A stretch of 64,000 nucleotides of DNA from assembly GCA_023213395.1 (NCBI GenBank), contig CM041465.1, forward strand, positions 116,629,741 to 116,693,740, in the 5' to 3' direction. This document shows, one piece after another, positions 37,141-52,300 of the stretch. Under the pieces are notes generated by a model that was given only the letters and a program-made list of their open reading frames with translations, was not told the origin of the DNA and did not search any database. Made by a program: the position numbers and the translations under genes. Every line of letters begins with the position of its first letter. Positions within the stretch are counted from its first letter, which is position 1. This DNA comes from Cycas panzhihuaensis (taxonomy: Eukaryota > Plantae > Cycadophyta).

Positions 37141-38615
37141 GGTATATCCACTCCCCTTTGGGCATAGTATTCCACTTCTTCCTTAGCAAGCAATACTCCA
37201 TTCACATCTATGAAAATAAAGTGGTTAGACAATTATCTTTAAAGGTACATCCAATATTATTACCTTAATAACCTACACATGAATAGGGTTCTTCTCTTCT
37301 CTAAAAATAATAATTAGATCCCTTCTAGATAGTAAAGTTTTCATTTGAGTGTTTGGTATTACATCTGTGTCATTTGCCCAACCATTACTCAAGAGCATCC
37401 CATAAATAGGTGTTAAGCCCACTCCTATTATTACTATTGAAATATAAATTTAGTTACTAGAAGTAAGGGTGAGTACTAAGTCCTTTATCTAGCCTATCAT
37501 GGGTGATGTTCTTGAATCAAAAACCTTGACTACCTAATCTTCTTTAGAATGGTCCAATTCTTACACCTTTATAATAGCATAAGGCATCATATTATGTGTT
37601 GCCCCTATGTCTATGATACAATTATGAAGGATGTATTTATCATGAATATCCATGGATACATAGAAGGGTGGATTCTTTTATTTAGTGGGTAGGTAAGCAA
37701 TTTGCATAATCTTTTCTTCTTCTATTATATTTATAGTATTACTATTTACATTATCAGATTGCAACATCTCTATAATTCATTTTTCTAAGTAAGCAACTTC
37801 ATTACCTAATGTAGACTTATACTAGTAGAGTATTTGTGCAAATCCTTGATTATATTATATGCTTTAATAAGATGTTTTATTATATTATCATAAGCCCTAG
37901 GCAAAATATTTGACCTTTGAGTGTTCATCACTATTGTATCCTACCACTTGACACCCTAACCTACATGTCATAAGTTGTTAATCCTTTAATTATTATTATT
38001 ATTGGTGGCCCCTTACCTTGCATTTTGTGACCTTGTAATCATAATAAGATCCATGTCTTCTATGTCTTCTAGGTCTAAGTCCCTAAATAAGGATATAGTT
38101 GTATCTATAAAATATGAGGATGAAGCCCCCTTTCTATAGGATTTATTAGTAAGATTATAAATCTAGTGTTTTCTTCCTCAATTGGTAAATCATCCATTTC
38201 ATCCTTATTAGTGGCCATTTTATTATTTTTCCTCATGCTTATAGGTCATTGTATGTCCTTCCACTTAGCTTATATGTTCTAAGATTATAGGTCATTACTT
38301 AGTTTTTTAATCAATTCTTAAGATTATAAGTCAAAATTCTAAAGAACTCTAGTATTTTCTCTCTATGGTAGTGTTATAGGTACTAGAGTTACTTTATCAA
38401 ATCTATTCATCATCCTTTAAAAGTCCAAAAACATCTCCTTAACTTGATTAAAGGTTCTTGGTGATTTTCACATTATTATCACTCAAGTCTCACATTTAAA
38501 TCCATCTAAGAACCATTATAACTGAGACTCATCAACTAGTCTCTTAAGAATAGAGATATCTTTGATTATTTTCTTAAATATTTTCATAAAAGTAGAAATT
38601 ATCTCTCTAGGACCC

Positions 38616-41600
38616 TATTATAAACCTCTTTAAAAGCAATTATTTAATCCTTGTTAATGAAGGGATATCATATGTAAAGACATAACCCTTGTAAAAAGCA
38701 TGATATGCATATAAAATTTATCCTGGATGTTGTATGTATCATCATTCTTTATTCAATTCAATAGAAAACATTCATTGATTACTCAATGCTTGTATAAGTG
38801 TTTTCATATCTTTGGCTTCATCTTCTCAGTAATGGAATAGGTCCATTACAAGTGGTATCAAAGTAGATCTTTAACTAATATTCATTGACAAAGCCTATTA
38901 ACTAGATTCTCAACATTCAAAGAACTGGATATTGATCCAAATTAATACCCTTTCATCTATTGATCTAAAAGTTGCCTCAATTGAGCATACATAATATTGT
39001 ACACCTATTCAAATTAACCAATAATAGTATTACTGTATGCATGTTTAGATTAACCAATAATAGTCTTACTTGCCATCATTCCATCCATTCTAGTCTATGC
39101 TTTTTTCCTATGTCATTATCCTTCTCCTTTTAGCAACCTCTTTTCTACATCATTGGTTCAACCATTTTAATCTATTAGTCCATCTAAGATTCACTCATAT
39201 TCCCTTTCCTTGTTATTTCTATTCTGTATATTTTCTTGTCACCATTCCTCTCTATTTCATTTATTTTCCTATTACCATCTTGTTTTGTGTTGTCTGAGCT
39301 ATCCTGCTGTCACGTCTCTCCATTGCCTATCTACTTTACGTTTAATATATGCATCTCTACAAGTCTAAATCTATTTTCCTCACAAATCTTATAATCATAA
39401 ATAAGTTTTAAATTATTTACAGTGATTTGCTATATTTTATTATATTATCTATACTCTATATCTTACATATTTTCCATTCACCTCACGAAGCATCTTCCTC
39501 TTCTATTACCTAATATGCCTGTTCCTATTTAGCCTATCTATTTTTGTATGGCTTACACCTTTATCTGATAGATCATACTTCTACCATTCTGCATCCATGC
39601 TTTTTTTTTTTTCTTTCTCTATTATATTATTTTTATATTATATAGTCTTCTCCTTAAAATATTAATCATTACTTCAACAAAACCAAAAAACAACATCAAA
39701 TGATTTTTGCAGCCGTATATTAGATATACTCGCATTGCATATTAATTCACACCATTGGATTTACATATATTAGTTATTAAACATTATCTCATATATCATA
39801 TCATTTAATTAATAATTTATGACATTCTTAATTATATCTCTAATAATTTTCAAATATAATATTTTAAAATAGTTGCCATCCTTTATACATTTATTACATT
39901 TACATATAACATACACAATGTATTAATACATATGCTAATTACACGATGCATTAATCTATTTACCCTTTTTTATATATGTTGTAATTTAATTATAATTATT
40001 ATTAATTACAATTATCTTAAAATACTCAATTTAGTTATATACCATATATTTCTTTCTTTATTCTCATTATCTATGGATACATATTCAAGTCATCAAATTA
40101 AGTCTTACTTGTTTATATAGCTAAATGTTTAATATATTCACCATCTCTTTTAACAAGGGTAAAATTGATATTTAATATTTATATTTCATAGCCCATTTTA
40201 AGCTATCGTACTTATTCTTTAATAATAAAATTGTTCTTTTAGTTGCTACGTTGTGGATGAAACTTGACTAGTCTTAAGGTTCTTATTTATACTCGCAGGT
40301 CATCACAATATTTATTAAATAATATTTCAATCCTACATTGAACATTTAAGTCTTATCTTCTAATTCACCTACCCATTTAATCAATCTAATATTCTATTGG
40401 ATATTGAATAAGTTTTCCTTTCTTTACCTAAAGTCATCTGTCTCCTCTATTCTCCTCAATAATCTGTCAACCTATTTTGATTATTTATTTGTTTCCGACC
40501 AACATCCACTTAAACTATGATATTGAGTATTGGATCAATTGAGAGTACTATTTTATGAAGTTTCATTCAGTATATGAGACTTATATGTGAATAAAAAAGA
40601 GTTAAAGAGGTTAACAGGAGAAGCATACACTATTTTGACTCCCTAAACATGATAGTTAAATAGTGGGACTGCATATATATAATTATTTAAGTGATGAATA
40701 TAGAAGATATGGTAGACAATACCATTCAAAAAGATATCGTCGAACCAATCACTCAAGCAATTCACAGTGCATTCCAAACGTCAAATGCTCTTTTGAATCA
40801 TACCTTACACCAAATTTTGGATAAATTAACAATCATAGCGATAAGTAGAAAGGAGGATATAATTGTGCCAGATTCAGAAGATGGAGTAATAAGTTGTCAA
40901 TCACATATTAGACATCAAACTATAAGAAACTTGTTAGGTCCTTAGATATCTCTAATTAATTTTGAAAATGAGGCTATCAAGAAGTATCTTAATGAATACC
41001 AGAATTTAACTCCTAAAGAATAAAAGATAGTGGGTTTTCAAGCATACTTCAACTGCTTATAAAGTATTCAAATACAGAAAAAGAAAAAGTTAGAAAAAAT
41101 TACTATATAATGTTTCAGTATGGAGAAAAAATCGCATGAGCCAAGAGTATGGATCCAGCAAATGGAAAACTATTTTTGCTTAATGGAAATTGAGTAAGCA
41201 GAGCAAGTTCTGTTAGCCACCCTACACATGGATGGGATAGCATATGAATGTTGGCAATGTCTAGAACAAACCTCTTTTCAAACTCAACTTCTAACTTGGA
41301 AAGAATTTGTACGTTTATTCATCGAACAGTTTGAGACTATATTTAATCATGATTATTACTGTGAATTACAAAGATTAAAATAGATAGGATCTATGGAAGA
41401 ATACAGTTCAACATTTACAAAATTAAGTTATGTATTAGAAGACATTATGATGAATTGACTTATCCAATTATATATAGATGGCTTAACCATTAAGATCCAA
41501 GCAGGTGTCAAAAATTCAAGAACCTTAGGATTTGAATGAGGTAATACAACTAGTCAAAATATAGGAAGGAAAGGTCAATGAATTATGAAAAGTAAGAACA

Positions 41601-44600
41601 AAACCCTATATTCCTCCTTATGCTTGTTCTAGTCCTCCTTCAACTATACAACCTAGTCTAGTATCTAGTACAGTTACTCAGCTAACTAAACCATTACTTC
41701 AAAGGATAAGAGCCGAGCAAGAAGAATTACGAAAATGAATCTATGTTTCAAGTGTGCTGAAAAATAGACACCTAATCACAAATGTCAGAAAAATCAATTA
41801 TATACAATCGAATTATTCTTGATAGTAGAAAATGAGGAAATTGAAGAAGAGGATGATACAGACTATGGACAAGAAAATACTAGTGAAAATTAGGAGTACC
41901 AATATAACTAGGAGGAAGACATCTTAAAAATGCCATTCTTAGTTATAAGTGGTTTGACAGGGTTTAACACGTTTAAACTATGAGGATTTATTAAAAATTA
42001 AGCCATACAATTTTGATCGATCTCAGAAGTACTCGTAATTTTATTGATAGAATGTCAACTCAACACTTAAAACTATTTCCATTGAGAATGACACCTTTTT
42101 AAGTAAGTGTTGGGGGGCAACAAGTTATATGATGGAAAACCTTGAAATCTCAATAGGAGACATCATTCTTAAAGAAAATTTTTATGTATTAGATGTTGGT
42201 GGAGTAGATATTATTTTGAGGAGGCAATGGTTGCATACTGTAGGAACTTTTGAGATGAATCTTGAAGAATTATTTATGAGATATAAGAAAGATGGAAGAA
42301 CTATCATCCTTCAAGGAGAGAAACCTGGAAATACCCAACTAATATCCTATAAATGAATGGAAAAATTAATCAAGAAAGGCCATCATGATATGATGGCTCA
42401 ACTTTTTTTGATCTAGGTAGAAATTAAGCCAACTACATAAGGAAATGAACTATAAAAGGTCATCTAAAAACATAAATAAGTTTTTTTAAATATTCCAGAA
42501 TAATTGCCACTAGATAGGGGATTTGAACATCAAATTAAATTAAAAGCAGGCACTAATCTAATTGTTATCCGACCCTATAAATAACCACATCATTATCGGA
42601 ATGAGATTGAAAAGATCGTATAAGAATTATTAGACATAAGAGCAATAACTCCTAGTAAAAGCCCATTTACAGCACTTGTAATCTTAGTAATGAGGAAAGA
42701 TGGGTCTTATCGTATGTTCATAGACTACCGAGTACTAAATAAAGTTATAATAAAAAATAAATTTCCTATACCAAGAATTGATGAGTTGTTAGACGAATTA
42801 CATGGAGCAGAATATTTTTCAAAAATTAATTTAAAATCAGGATATCATCAAATTTGTATTAAATCAGAAGATACATATAAGATAGCCTTCAGTACACACC
42901 ATGTTCATTATGAATTCAAGGTAATTCCCTTTGGCCTAACCAATGCACCGGCCATATTCCAAGCTATAATGAATCAAGTTCTGAAACCTTTTTTATGGAA
43001 GTTTGTCTTAGTCTTCTTTGACGGCATATTAATATTCAGTAAACAATAGGAACAATACATGAACCATCTTGACCAAGTACTGAGCACCTGAAAAAATAAA
43101 AATTTTATACTAACAAATTGAAATGTTATTTTAGAATGAAAGAAATAGAATAACTAGGCCATCTTATATCAAAAGAAGGAATTAGAGCTGACCTAGGAAA
43201 AGTTAAGGCAATTCAAGAATGGTTGATACCCAAAAATATTATAAAACTTTGAGGATTTCTGGGTTTAACATGATATTATCAATGTTTTATTAAAAATTAT
43301 ACATAGAGATAAGCTGTCTTAACTTGTTTATTAAAAAAAGATTCTTTTCAATGGAATGAAGAAGTAATAAAGTGTTTTAAACAAGTTAAGCAAATAATGA
43401 CCTGGTTACTGATGCTAACATCACCTGATTTTCCTAAAATTTTTATAATAAAATATGATGCATTAGGAACAGGAATTGGTGCAGTACTAATACAAGAAGA
43501 TAAACCCATTGCATTTGAGAGTAAAAAGCTAAATAATTGAGAAATTCTAAAATCTACCTATGATAAGGAAATGTTCGCCATTATACACGCTTTGGTTAAA
43601 TGGTGTCAGTATCTATTAGGTAGCAAATTTATAGTCAAGATAGATCATAACGTTTTACAATATTTATTAAAACAAAAATAATTATCCCCTAAACAACAAA
43701 AGTAGATAGTAAAATTCAAGCATTTGATTTCAACATAATATATAATAAAGGAAAAAATAATGTAGTAGATGATGCATTATCGCAGAAAGATGAAGAAAGT
43801 GCAAAATCTCAACTAAAAGTCATTTCAATGATAGAACCAGTATGGATCATGAAATTACAATCAGAATATATGAAAGATCCTAACATTCAACAATCGATTC
43901 TAAAAATTCAACAAGGAAAAGAAGACAAAATCGAATGGAAAAATGATATTTTATTGTATAAATAACATATATTCCTAAGCACAAAATCACCTTTCTGTGC
44001 CAAGATATTAAATGAAGCACATATAATACCTATAGTAGGTCATGAAGGATTTTATAAAACATATCTTTGAGCCAAACAATCATTTTTCTAGAAGGGAATG
44101 AGAAAGGACATTAAGAAATTTATTTCTAAATACATAATTTGCCAAATTAATAAATATGAACATACTGTTACTCCTGGATTGCTCTAACCTCTTCCTATCC
44201 CGTAATAAAAATGCAAAAGTATTAGCATGGATTTCATCACGAGCCTACCAAAATCAAAAGAGAAAAATGCTATTTATGTGATCGTGGATCATTTAACAAA
44301 ATTTGCTCATTTTATACCCATTCAATTTAGTTATAAAGCTCAACAACTAGCTGGAATATTTATCAAAATAATTCACAAATTATATGGATTTCCACAAACT
44401 ATTATCAGTGATAGAGATCCCAAATTTCTAAGTCATTTCTAGCAAGAAATGTTTTAATAAATGGGTATGAAGCTGGAGATGAGTACCAGTTATCATCCAC
44501 AAATAGAGAGATAGACTGAAGTAGTTAACAAATGTTTAGAGAATTATTTGCAAAATTATGTAGTAGATAAACAAAGCTCATGGGTCAAATGGTTGCATTT

Positions 44601-45527
44601 AGTTGAAGCCTGGTATAATTCTTCTTACCATTCATCTATTAAAATGACACACCATATTAAGCATTGTATAGATATCAACCTACTCAATTAAAGGATTCGT
44701 TAAATAAGGATAATAAGGTTCCAACAGTTCATGATTTTCTCTAAGAATCACAAAATGTAATTCAAATATTAAAGCAACATTTAGAAGAAGCAAGAAATTG
44801 TATGAAACATCAAGATAATAAACACCATACAGAAAGAATATTCGACATTAGGGATTGGGTCTGTGTAAGACTGCAACCGTACAAGAAAGCATCATTAAAA
44901 TTTTCTCAAAAGGAGAAATTGAGTCCTTGATTCTATGGACCTTTTTAGATTAAACAGAAAATTGGAGAAGTGGCATATGCTTTAGAACTTCTGACTTTAA
45001 AATTACACAATGTATTTCATGTATCTTGTCTCAAAAATAAGATTGGAAATCATGTACAGGTACAAACAAAATTACCACTCTTAGATGAAGAAGGCAAATT
45101 AATTTTATTACCAGAAACTATCCTTGAAGTTTGAAAATGTCGGTTGTAGTCAAAGACTATTCAAGAATATTTGATCAAATGGAAATAACTGCTTCTTAAA
45201 GATGCTTTGTGAGAATCCTCTGATTTTATCAAACTTCATCTTGATTTGAGAAAAGAAAGTTTCGTGGGAGAAACATCTTAAGAGGGAGGAATTGTTATGA
45301 ACCTCTTTAAAAATAATTATTTAATCCTTATTAACGAAGGGATATCACACATAAAGACATTACCCTTACAAAAAGCATGATATGCATATAAAATTAACCT
45401 TGGATATTATATGTATCATTATTTTTTATTCAATTCAATAAAAAACATTCATTGATTACTCAGTGCTTGTATAAATGTTTTCATATCTTTGGTTTCATCT
45501 TCTTAGTAATAGAATAGGTTCATTATA
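38616..45527 (+). mobile_element. Full-length degenerate chromoviral gypsy (Reina-like: short LTRs, Met PBS, chromodomain)
   Basis: LTRs 38616-38850 and 45293-45527 (235 bp; outer TG/CA decayed to TA). TSD GACCC/GACCA, PBS 38853-38863. gag about 40690-41800, PR about 41970-42300, RT (KNKFPIPRIDELLDELHGA...PFGLTNAP...FFDGILI), RH, INT (MDFITSLP...SDRDPKF), chromodomain about 45110-45240, PPT 45280-45291. Confidence 0.94.
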
Positions 45528-46326
45528 GACCATTTCTAATTATTGATAATTTCTTGACTAGAGAGGCATTTGACTTTAGAATAAAGTACTTTAACTCAAA
45601 CACAACTATTAGGCTTTCCTAGTTAATAATTACACTATTTGGTAGACCTTAAAATCAATTAATTCCCCATCCTTCTAAGGAATATACAAGAAAGTCTTAT
45701 AATAATATTTACATAGGTAATATTGATTCTTTTACTCAAGAGGGAGAAAATTTATAAATACTTTTCTCTACTTATGGATCTATCACTAGAAAATCTAGGA
45801 TATACATCCCAAGCTTTGACTAATATATCATAAAGGTCAACTTTTAGATTAAGAGGATCATTTGTTATTTAGGGTAGATGATTCTCTTAACTATCATGCC
45901 TACTTTGATTTTAATTCCTTATTTATTAATCATTTTGATTAACATTATTATTTATGCCATCTACCATCTCTTCAATCCCAAGAGAATGCTCAACTTCTTG
46001 TGATAGTGGTAGAAGGATATATACTTCTAAATCTTCTAAAAAGAGGATCGCCTTATCCCTAGATTTAGGGAGTTTGATGAATCCCCCTCTAAAAATCCTT
46101 GTTCACTTGAGAATAGGTAAATGGCCTCTTAGGTTATTAATCCATCCTTTTTATTACAATAAATATAAAAAGCATTCTTTACACAAGGAAAAAGAAAAGA
46201 AATATTTATAATGTATATATATAGGCTTTTATATAACTTTGATAAATTTGCATGGACTCCAAATCATACATTCTAGAATAAGATTTTACTATTAAACTTA
46301 GTTATCCTCGATATGGTTCCCAATGA

Positions 46327-49300
46327 TGTTCTTGTAACTTGTACTATTCCTTATGCTCAATCCATAATGCCTAGTGATCATTGTTCTACATGTTCAAAAT
46401 GGCTAGTAAAAGAAGAGTGTAGAAACTCTTAAGTAAATTAAGCCTAATTAGAGGGAATCATGAACCTTATTAACTAATCAAGATCTTAGAATACAATGAT
46501 CTAATCTATTTGTTATGTAGTTTTAATAGCATCAAGTGTTAATGACTTGATTACATTAGGCTAAACTAATAGTTATTAATTTCTAAAGAAGTAATCGTTT
46601 ACGTGAGGTAGAAGAAGGATAAAAGAGATTGACATATGTTATGATCCCAAATAACTATGGGAGTTGATAAAAATATTAATTTTAATTATTAGAATTTAGT
46701 TTTAAACATTATTAAGGAATATGTATCTAGTTGTTAGTTTTATTATTAGGAAGTTAATTTTTTAAGGATGGTTGAATTTAAGATTCTAAAAATCATCTTT
46801 TATTAGTTAATTCAATTGGGTTATATTAACTATTTGGCTCTTAGGAGATTCATTTCTACTTTATTTTGTATATGAGGAAGTAAATCCCATTTAGGACCAC
46901 TTCAGGTAGCATTAGAGTTTTATTTTTGGTATATCAAGGATTTGCATTTTTTGGAGTATAAATGAAAGAATTTCAAAAAAGTAGCCATGAATTTAAGTCA
47001 ATTGGGCATATTTTACAAATTTTAAGTGGTTATTCCACATATTTTGTAGAAAATTTGTAGGGAATTTATTTTTGGCCTACTATCCATCATTATCTTTAGG
47101 GCCTAAAATCTATTACTCCAACTTCAAATACGTATAACTTCAACTACAAATACATAATTGACCTTAAATTTATTTTAATCTTTGAGTCTAGATACATAAC
47201 TTCCATTGAAAGTGGTTTTAGATCAATTGGATATTGAAGTAAAATGTTAGATGTATTTTAGTAAGAGATATTATTATAGTCCCCAAAAAAACCTAATCAC
47301 AACCCACTTTAAAGGAGCCATAACTTCTATTATAGGTGTTAGATTTTGATTTTATCTAAAGAGTTAGAATCTTGATTTAAAAGTCCATATTTTTAGTTAT
47401 TAAAACATTCATATTAATGAGAATTTAAGTGGAAATTTTAGAGATAATGGAATATTTATGGAGCTCTGCTTAAGATACTAGAAACCTGAGATAGTTAAAT
47501 ATCCAAACAGAGTTGACTCAAAATTTTAATCCTTTAAAATAGAAATCCAAAGGGACATGGAAAAAAATTACAAATGACTAGATATAATACAATGATAATT
47601 GACCCATTCTCAGGAAAAGTTTAACACCAACATAGCTAATATGAGTGAGTTGATAGGAATTAGAACCACCTCCAAAGGCCCCAAAAAGGAATGAGACTTA
47701 GGGGACCCCAACAATAGTAGTGAAAATGAAGAGGATAAGAAAGAAAATAAAATATACCATGATTATTAAAGAGAATATAAAAGAAATGATGTCTCTTAAC
47801 AAGCAATTTTTTGTTATAATCTTTAGATACCAACTTACTTAAAAGATGGTAAAATTGAAGTACATGAATGGCTAGAAAAAATAGAAAATGATATTGACTC
47901 ACTATGTATTAGTGTTGTTAAGGATCAAATCAATTTTGTTATATCCACCTTAAAGGGTCTATGTACATATAGGCTATGTTATGGAAAAGAGGAGGAAAAG
48001 ATCATAATTTTAAACATTTTGTAAAAGCCTTTAAAGAACCAAAAAAGATAATTAGAGTGATCCTTATAATGTCCAATTAGCACACTACTTTCAAAAGGGG
48101 TGATATGTTAAATAACATACATATAAGTTTAAAATTTTTTAAATAAAAACTAGAATTAGTTTTGAGGAAACGGTCCCTATTTCATTAGTAATCTACAACC
48201 TTAGATTTATGAGGACATTAGTCATTTCACTGTAAGAACTTAGAGTATAACTATTTGAATGTCATGACAAATCAAATATTATCTCCAAAATACTTAGAGG
48301 GGATTCTAAATATCATCGCATTAACTAGTACATTAGTTAATAGTACCAAGCAACCAAGGATTCTAAAAATAGTAGCTCTAGTATAAATGAGCTAATAGAG
48401 GCAACATAAAAGGATAAAGAGATAGAAAGATTTAAGGAAAAAACACTAAACATATGCCTCAATTATAACAAACTTTGGGTTATGGGACATAAGTATGCTA
48501 ATATGAAACTATATAATGTGGAAGCAGATATTGAAGAAAAAGAAATAGAATATCAGTAAGGACTATAGGAAGAGTAAGAGGAGGAAGAAATAAACCAATT
48601 AGAGGAGTTGGATGATATCTAACCCAAAGTCTCCTTAAAATAAATGAGGAAATCACTTTGTGAAGTGTATGTTGGGATTATTGTAGTTCTATACTACAAT
48701 AGAGAAGGAAATAAATAAGCCTGTATACTATTACTAAGATGTCTTTTAAGAGTTGTTAAGGATTCCACAACCAAGTTGAAACATGAAGCATATCATTGGG
48801 TTGGAACCAAGTAGGGTTGCCTATTATTATTTGCCCATATCACTATAAGCATAAGCAAAAGATAATTAAGAGACTCAATTAAGATTTATTAGATTTTAGT
48901 GTTATAATACCAAGAAAGAGTCCTTAAATAACATCTATTATTTTAAGTAGGAAAAAGAATGGGTCCTTTTGAATGTACATCAATTATAAATCCCTAAATA
49001 AGATAATGTTAAAGAACAAATATCTCATTCCATGCATGAATGATATTACAGATAAGCTTCATGGAGCTATATATTTTTCTAAAATTAATTTATATTTTAG
49101 ATATTATCAAATATCAATTCAACCTTAAAACATAGAGAAAATAACTTTCTAAACATACTAAGGACTGTATAAGTTTAAGGTGATGCCAATTAGGCTAACT
49201 AATGCCCCAGTAGTATTACAAAAAAACATGAACCATGTATTTATGTCTTTCCTAAGAAGGTTTATCATGGTCTTCTGTGATAATATTCTTATCTATAGTA

Positions 49301-52300
49301 AGACCTAATAAGAACATTTAGGACATATCTAATAAATAATTTAGGTCCTCTGGGACAATTAATTTTTTTGGAAGATATTAAAGTGATATTTTAGAAGGAT
49401 GACCTTTGAATATCTTGGACACATCATTTTAGAAGATGGAATTAGAATTAATGCTACAAAAATATGGACCATTCTCAACTAGCCCATATATGTCAAAACT
49501 TATGAGGTTTCTAAGAATGATTTGATACTATCAAAAATTCATAAAAGGATATAATGATATAGCCAACCCCTTACTAACCCAACCAAGAAGGATAACTTTA
49601 TCTAGGATAACAATGCTAATTTAAGTTTTGAGAAATTAAAAGGGTCCATCACCACTACACTAGTCTTAGCAATACCAAATTTCTCTTATTTGTTTATAGT
49701 ATTATATGATGCATTAAGCATAAGAGTAAATATAACTCTATTACAAAAAGGTTACCCTCTTACATATGAGATCCAAAAGTTAAATCTATGGGAAAGATCC
49801 AAGAGCATATACAAGAAGGAGATGTTAGCCATTCTACATGCCTTGAAAAAATAGAGGTAATACTTATTAGGAATAAAATATATTTTTAGGACATACAATT
49901 ATAGCTTAAAGGACTTCCTGGCATAATAAAACTTATCTGTGGAGCAAAAAAATTGGATTAATAAGATCCAATAGTATGATTTTAAAAACTCATGTAAGGT
50001 AGGAAAAGAGAACATTATAATTAATGTGTTACTAAGGAAATTTAAAGATGTTAAATGCTCCTCTAGCATAACTATTAGACATACATAGCTTGAGGAATGA
50101 CACTAAGAATATTCATAAGACAAAGACATGAAGACCATAATGAACAAAAGTCCTAAAGAACTAGAAGAGACTACTTGGACAAAAAGAGGAAGTACCCTTT
50201 TTTTAAAAGAATAGGATCTAATTACCTTAAAAATCATAGTTGAAGGAAGAAGTCCTTAAAGAGCATCAGGATTTATTTATAACTAGGAATATAGGGTTCC
50301 TTAAAACCTGTAAAAGGATAAGGAGATGATTTTATTAGAGAGGGATGAAGGCAGATATAAAGAAGTTCATTTTTTAATATAAGACTTATTAGAAATGAAA
50401 AGAAAAATCAATATGGAATCCATGAATGTTATAACCTCTAGATTAAACTAAGTGAAAATAAGAGAAATTTTCTATGGAATTTATATATGGCCTTCAAAAA
50501 TTAGGAATGAAAGATGCCTGATCTATAGTAGATGACCATTTGAAAAAATATATACATTTCATTCCTATTCGATCATCTTATAAGGCATCTGAGATAGATC
50601 ATATATTCATGGAGAATGTCCATAGATTACATGGATTTCCCAAAATGATAATTAATGATAGGGATTGTAAATTCATAAGCCACTTTTGGAAGGATCTATT
50701 CAAATTATTAAGGACCCAACTCACCATGAGCATAGAATACCACCTCCAAACAAATGGATAAAGTAAGTAGTTAATAAAGTTCTAGAAACATACATACATT
50801 TATATGTTAAAGATAACCAATACATATAGGTCAAATGGATTTACTAGGTTGAATCTTGGCTTAATACTAATTACCATATATCCATCAAAATAACATCCTT
50901 CATGGCATTATACAATTATTTACCTCCTATACCAATGGACTATATTCAGAGTATAACAAAAAACCTAGCAATAGAGGAATTAGTAGTGTAAATTCAAAGA
51001 ATTCTAGAGGTAGTTAAGGAAATTTATAGTATCATAAGAAATCAAATGAAATAATAGAAGAATAAGAAGAGAATTACAAGATAATTCAAGGAAGGATATT
51101 GGGTTTACATAAAACTATAACTATATAAATAGACCTTTGTCAAATAATAAAACAAATACAAATATACCTCATATAAAATCCAAAGAAAGGTTGGAGAAGT
51201 TGCTCATGCCATCAATCTACCAAAAAGAAGTAGGTCTTATGGCATCCTCCATATATTTAACCTTAAAGAAAAAGTATGATACAACATAAGGATAATAAGT
51301 AAACTACCCATGATAGATGAGGAAAGAAAGATTATGATCAAACTTAAAGGCATTATTGATACCCATCAATGTGAACTCAAATCATAAAATATCACATAAT
51401 ACTTGATTAAATTGGGCTACTACATAAAGAGGCAACTTGGAAAAATGAACAAATCATCTTGGATCATCTATCATTACCAATGTTTTATGAATAAAGTAAA
51501 TTTTCTAATGGAAGGGATTTGGTGTGATTCTAAACAACTAAGGGAGTCTATATAAGTATTAATTTTAATTATTAAAAGCTAATTTCAAACATTATTAGGG
51601 AATATGTATCTTATTAGAAGTTGATTTTATTATTAAGAAGTTGATTTTTGAAGGATAGTTAAATTTGAAACATATAAATAGATAATTATCATTCATTTGT
51701 AAATCATATTTTGTAAGTTAATTCATTTAGGGTCTATTGACCATTTGGCTCTTAGGAACTTCATTTTAACTTTTATCTTAACTTTCTTTTGTGTATAAGG
51801 AAGTAGATCCTATTTAGGATCACTTCAATATAAATTAAATACTTTTCTATAGATAATAATGGCTAGACTCTTGTTTGTCTTTCATTGACACAAACATGGG
51901 AGAAATAAGAAATAATAACTCATGGATTAAAAGATATAAATTAAACCATGATTAAACAATATGATGCAACTAATGTAGCCTAGAATACATTCATATTAAA
52001 CTTAATGTTGAATTTGAAAGAGAGTAGAGTAGAAGTTCCATATACACTAAAATAGCTTAATGTTTTATCAAGGATGTTTTTAAGAGAATGAATCATTCAT
52101 GTATGACCTATCAAATAGAGATCATAATGGATAACAGATAAACAATACTACTCTATTAGTTTCCAAATGATTTAAATGTAGTAACAATATACTTTAGTAA
52201 TTCCTTAGTCTGAAATGCCATAAATTTTGAGAGCATAAAGCTTCCAAAAAAAAACTCCTAATTCAAACTAATAAAAACCAAAATAGTCTTCTAGTTAATA

